Program-made: the position numbers and the translations under genes | The notes under the pieces: generated by a model | The model's input: only the letters and a program-made list of their open reading frames with translations | Databases searched by the model: none | What the model was told of the DNA's origin: nothing | In this document: one piece after another, positions 33,633 to 34,106 of the stretch | Position numbering within the stretch: the stretch's first letter is position 1 | Layout of the letters: each line of letters opens with the position of its first letter | Origin: Candidatus Nanoarchaeia archaeon | Lineage (GTDB): Archaea; Nanobdellota; Nanobdellia; Pacearchaeales; GW2011-AR1 | Length of the DNA stretch: 34,106 nucleotides | Direction of reading: 5' to 3' | Assembly: GCA_041484115.1 (NCBI GenBank) | Contig: JBGPHA010000001.1 | Span: forward strand, 1 to 34,106

Positions 33633-34106
33633 ATGAAAACCAAATTTAGAATTCTTTTCGGATCAATAATTCTTGTTGTCCTGATATATCTTCTTAAAAA
33701 AATAAATTTTCTTGAAGTTTACCATATATTCGGAACGATAAAAATAGAATTCTTTCTTATAGCCTTTGCTACATATTCTTTAGGGATTGTGATTTTTAAT
33801 TTAAGGACTATGATTTCTCTGAGGGAAATAATGAACAAACATGAACATGACTTCTGGTTTTTTTTGAAAACAACCTTGGCAGGGAATTTTGTAAATATTA
33901 TTACCCCTGGAGCTCAGCTTGGAGGGGATCCTATAAGAGCATATTTCATAGGAGAAAAATATAACAAACCTAAAACTAAAATATTTGGAGCTATTCTCGC
34001 AGATAGAATTTTTCATGCAATAGTTTCTCTTTTTTTCATAATTTTTTCTCTGTTATTCATCCTAACATATATTCCTGTCGATCGAGAACTCAAGATAATT
34101 TTTCAG
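33633..34106 (+). CDS. flippase-like / lysylphosphatidylglycerol-synthase-TM (UPF0104) family membrane protein, partial
   Basis: Absent from the track because it runs off the window. From the ATG at 33633: MKTKFRILFGSIILVVLIYLLKK...FVNIITPGAQLGGDPIRAYFIG, i.e. the family's P.G..GG(D/E)..R motif. The frame is open to 34106. Confidence 0.7.
   Translation, partial: MKTKFRILFGSIILVVLIYLLKKINFLEVYHIFGTIKIEFFLIAFATYSLGIVIFNLRTMISLREIMNKHEHDFWFFLKTTLAGNFVNIITPGAQLGGDPIRAYFIGEKYNKPKTKIFGAILADRIFHAIVSLFFIIFSLLFILTYIPVDRELKIIFQ

Overview
AT-rich, tightly packed archaeal chromosome segment. PolD DP1/DP2, Orc1/Cdc6, Hef, a XerA-type recombinase and a FlaI-type ATPase indicate an archaeon. A small-genome, DPANN-like lineage is only an inference. 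All calls come from reading the sequence and from motifs recalled from memory; no searches were run.

Centre: a canonical replication origin at 10651-11058. ORB boxes in opposite orientations flank a ~140 bp almost pure A+T stretch. It sits directly upstream of orc1/cdc6, PolD-DP1, a deoxyribonucleotidase, PolD-DP2, tyrS and dCMP deaminase. Gene orientation flips at the origin.

Left of the origin (about 5.2-10.6 kb) is an accessory-looking region:
- a tyrosine recombinase with a dif/lox-like site cluster at its start codon
- a HEPN-like gene
- short membrane ORFs missing from the ORF track
- several families of short DNA repeats
- two convergent paralogous coiled-coil/winged-helix genes whose linkers are encoded by micro- and minisatellites, including (GTCT)7 next to a full ORB box

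Far left: an ApbE / NOX-like ferric reductase operon beside a membrane-anchored cupredoxin.

Right of the origin: housekeeping genes plus several oddities:
- an ArmA/Rmt-family 16S rRNA methyltransferase homologue
- Hef split into helicase and nuclease genes
- an M50-like protein without HExxH
- a membrane-protein paralogue interrupted by an in-frame TAA
- an orphan long FlaI-type ATPase with coiled-coil and PRC-barrel neighbours

No rRNA, tRNA or CRISPR array was seen.
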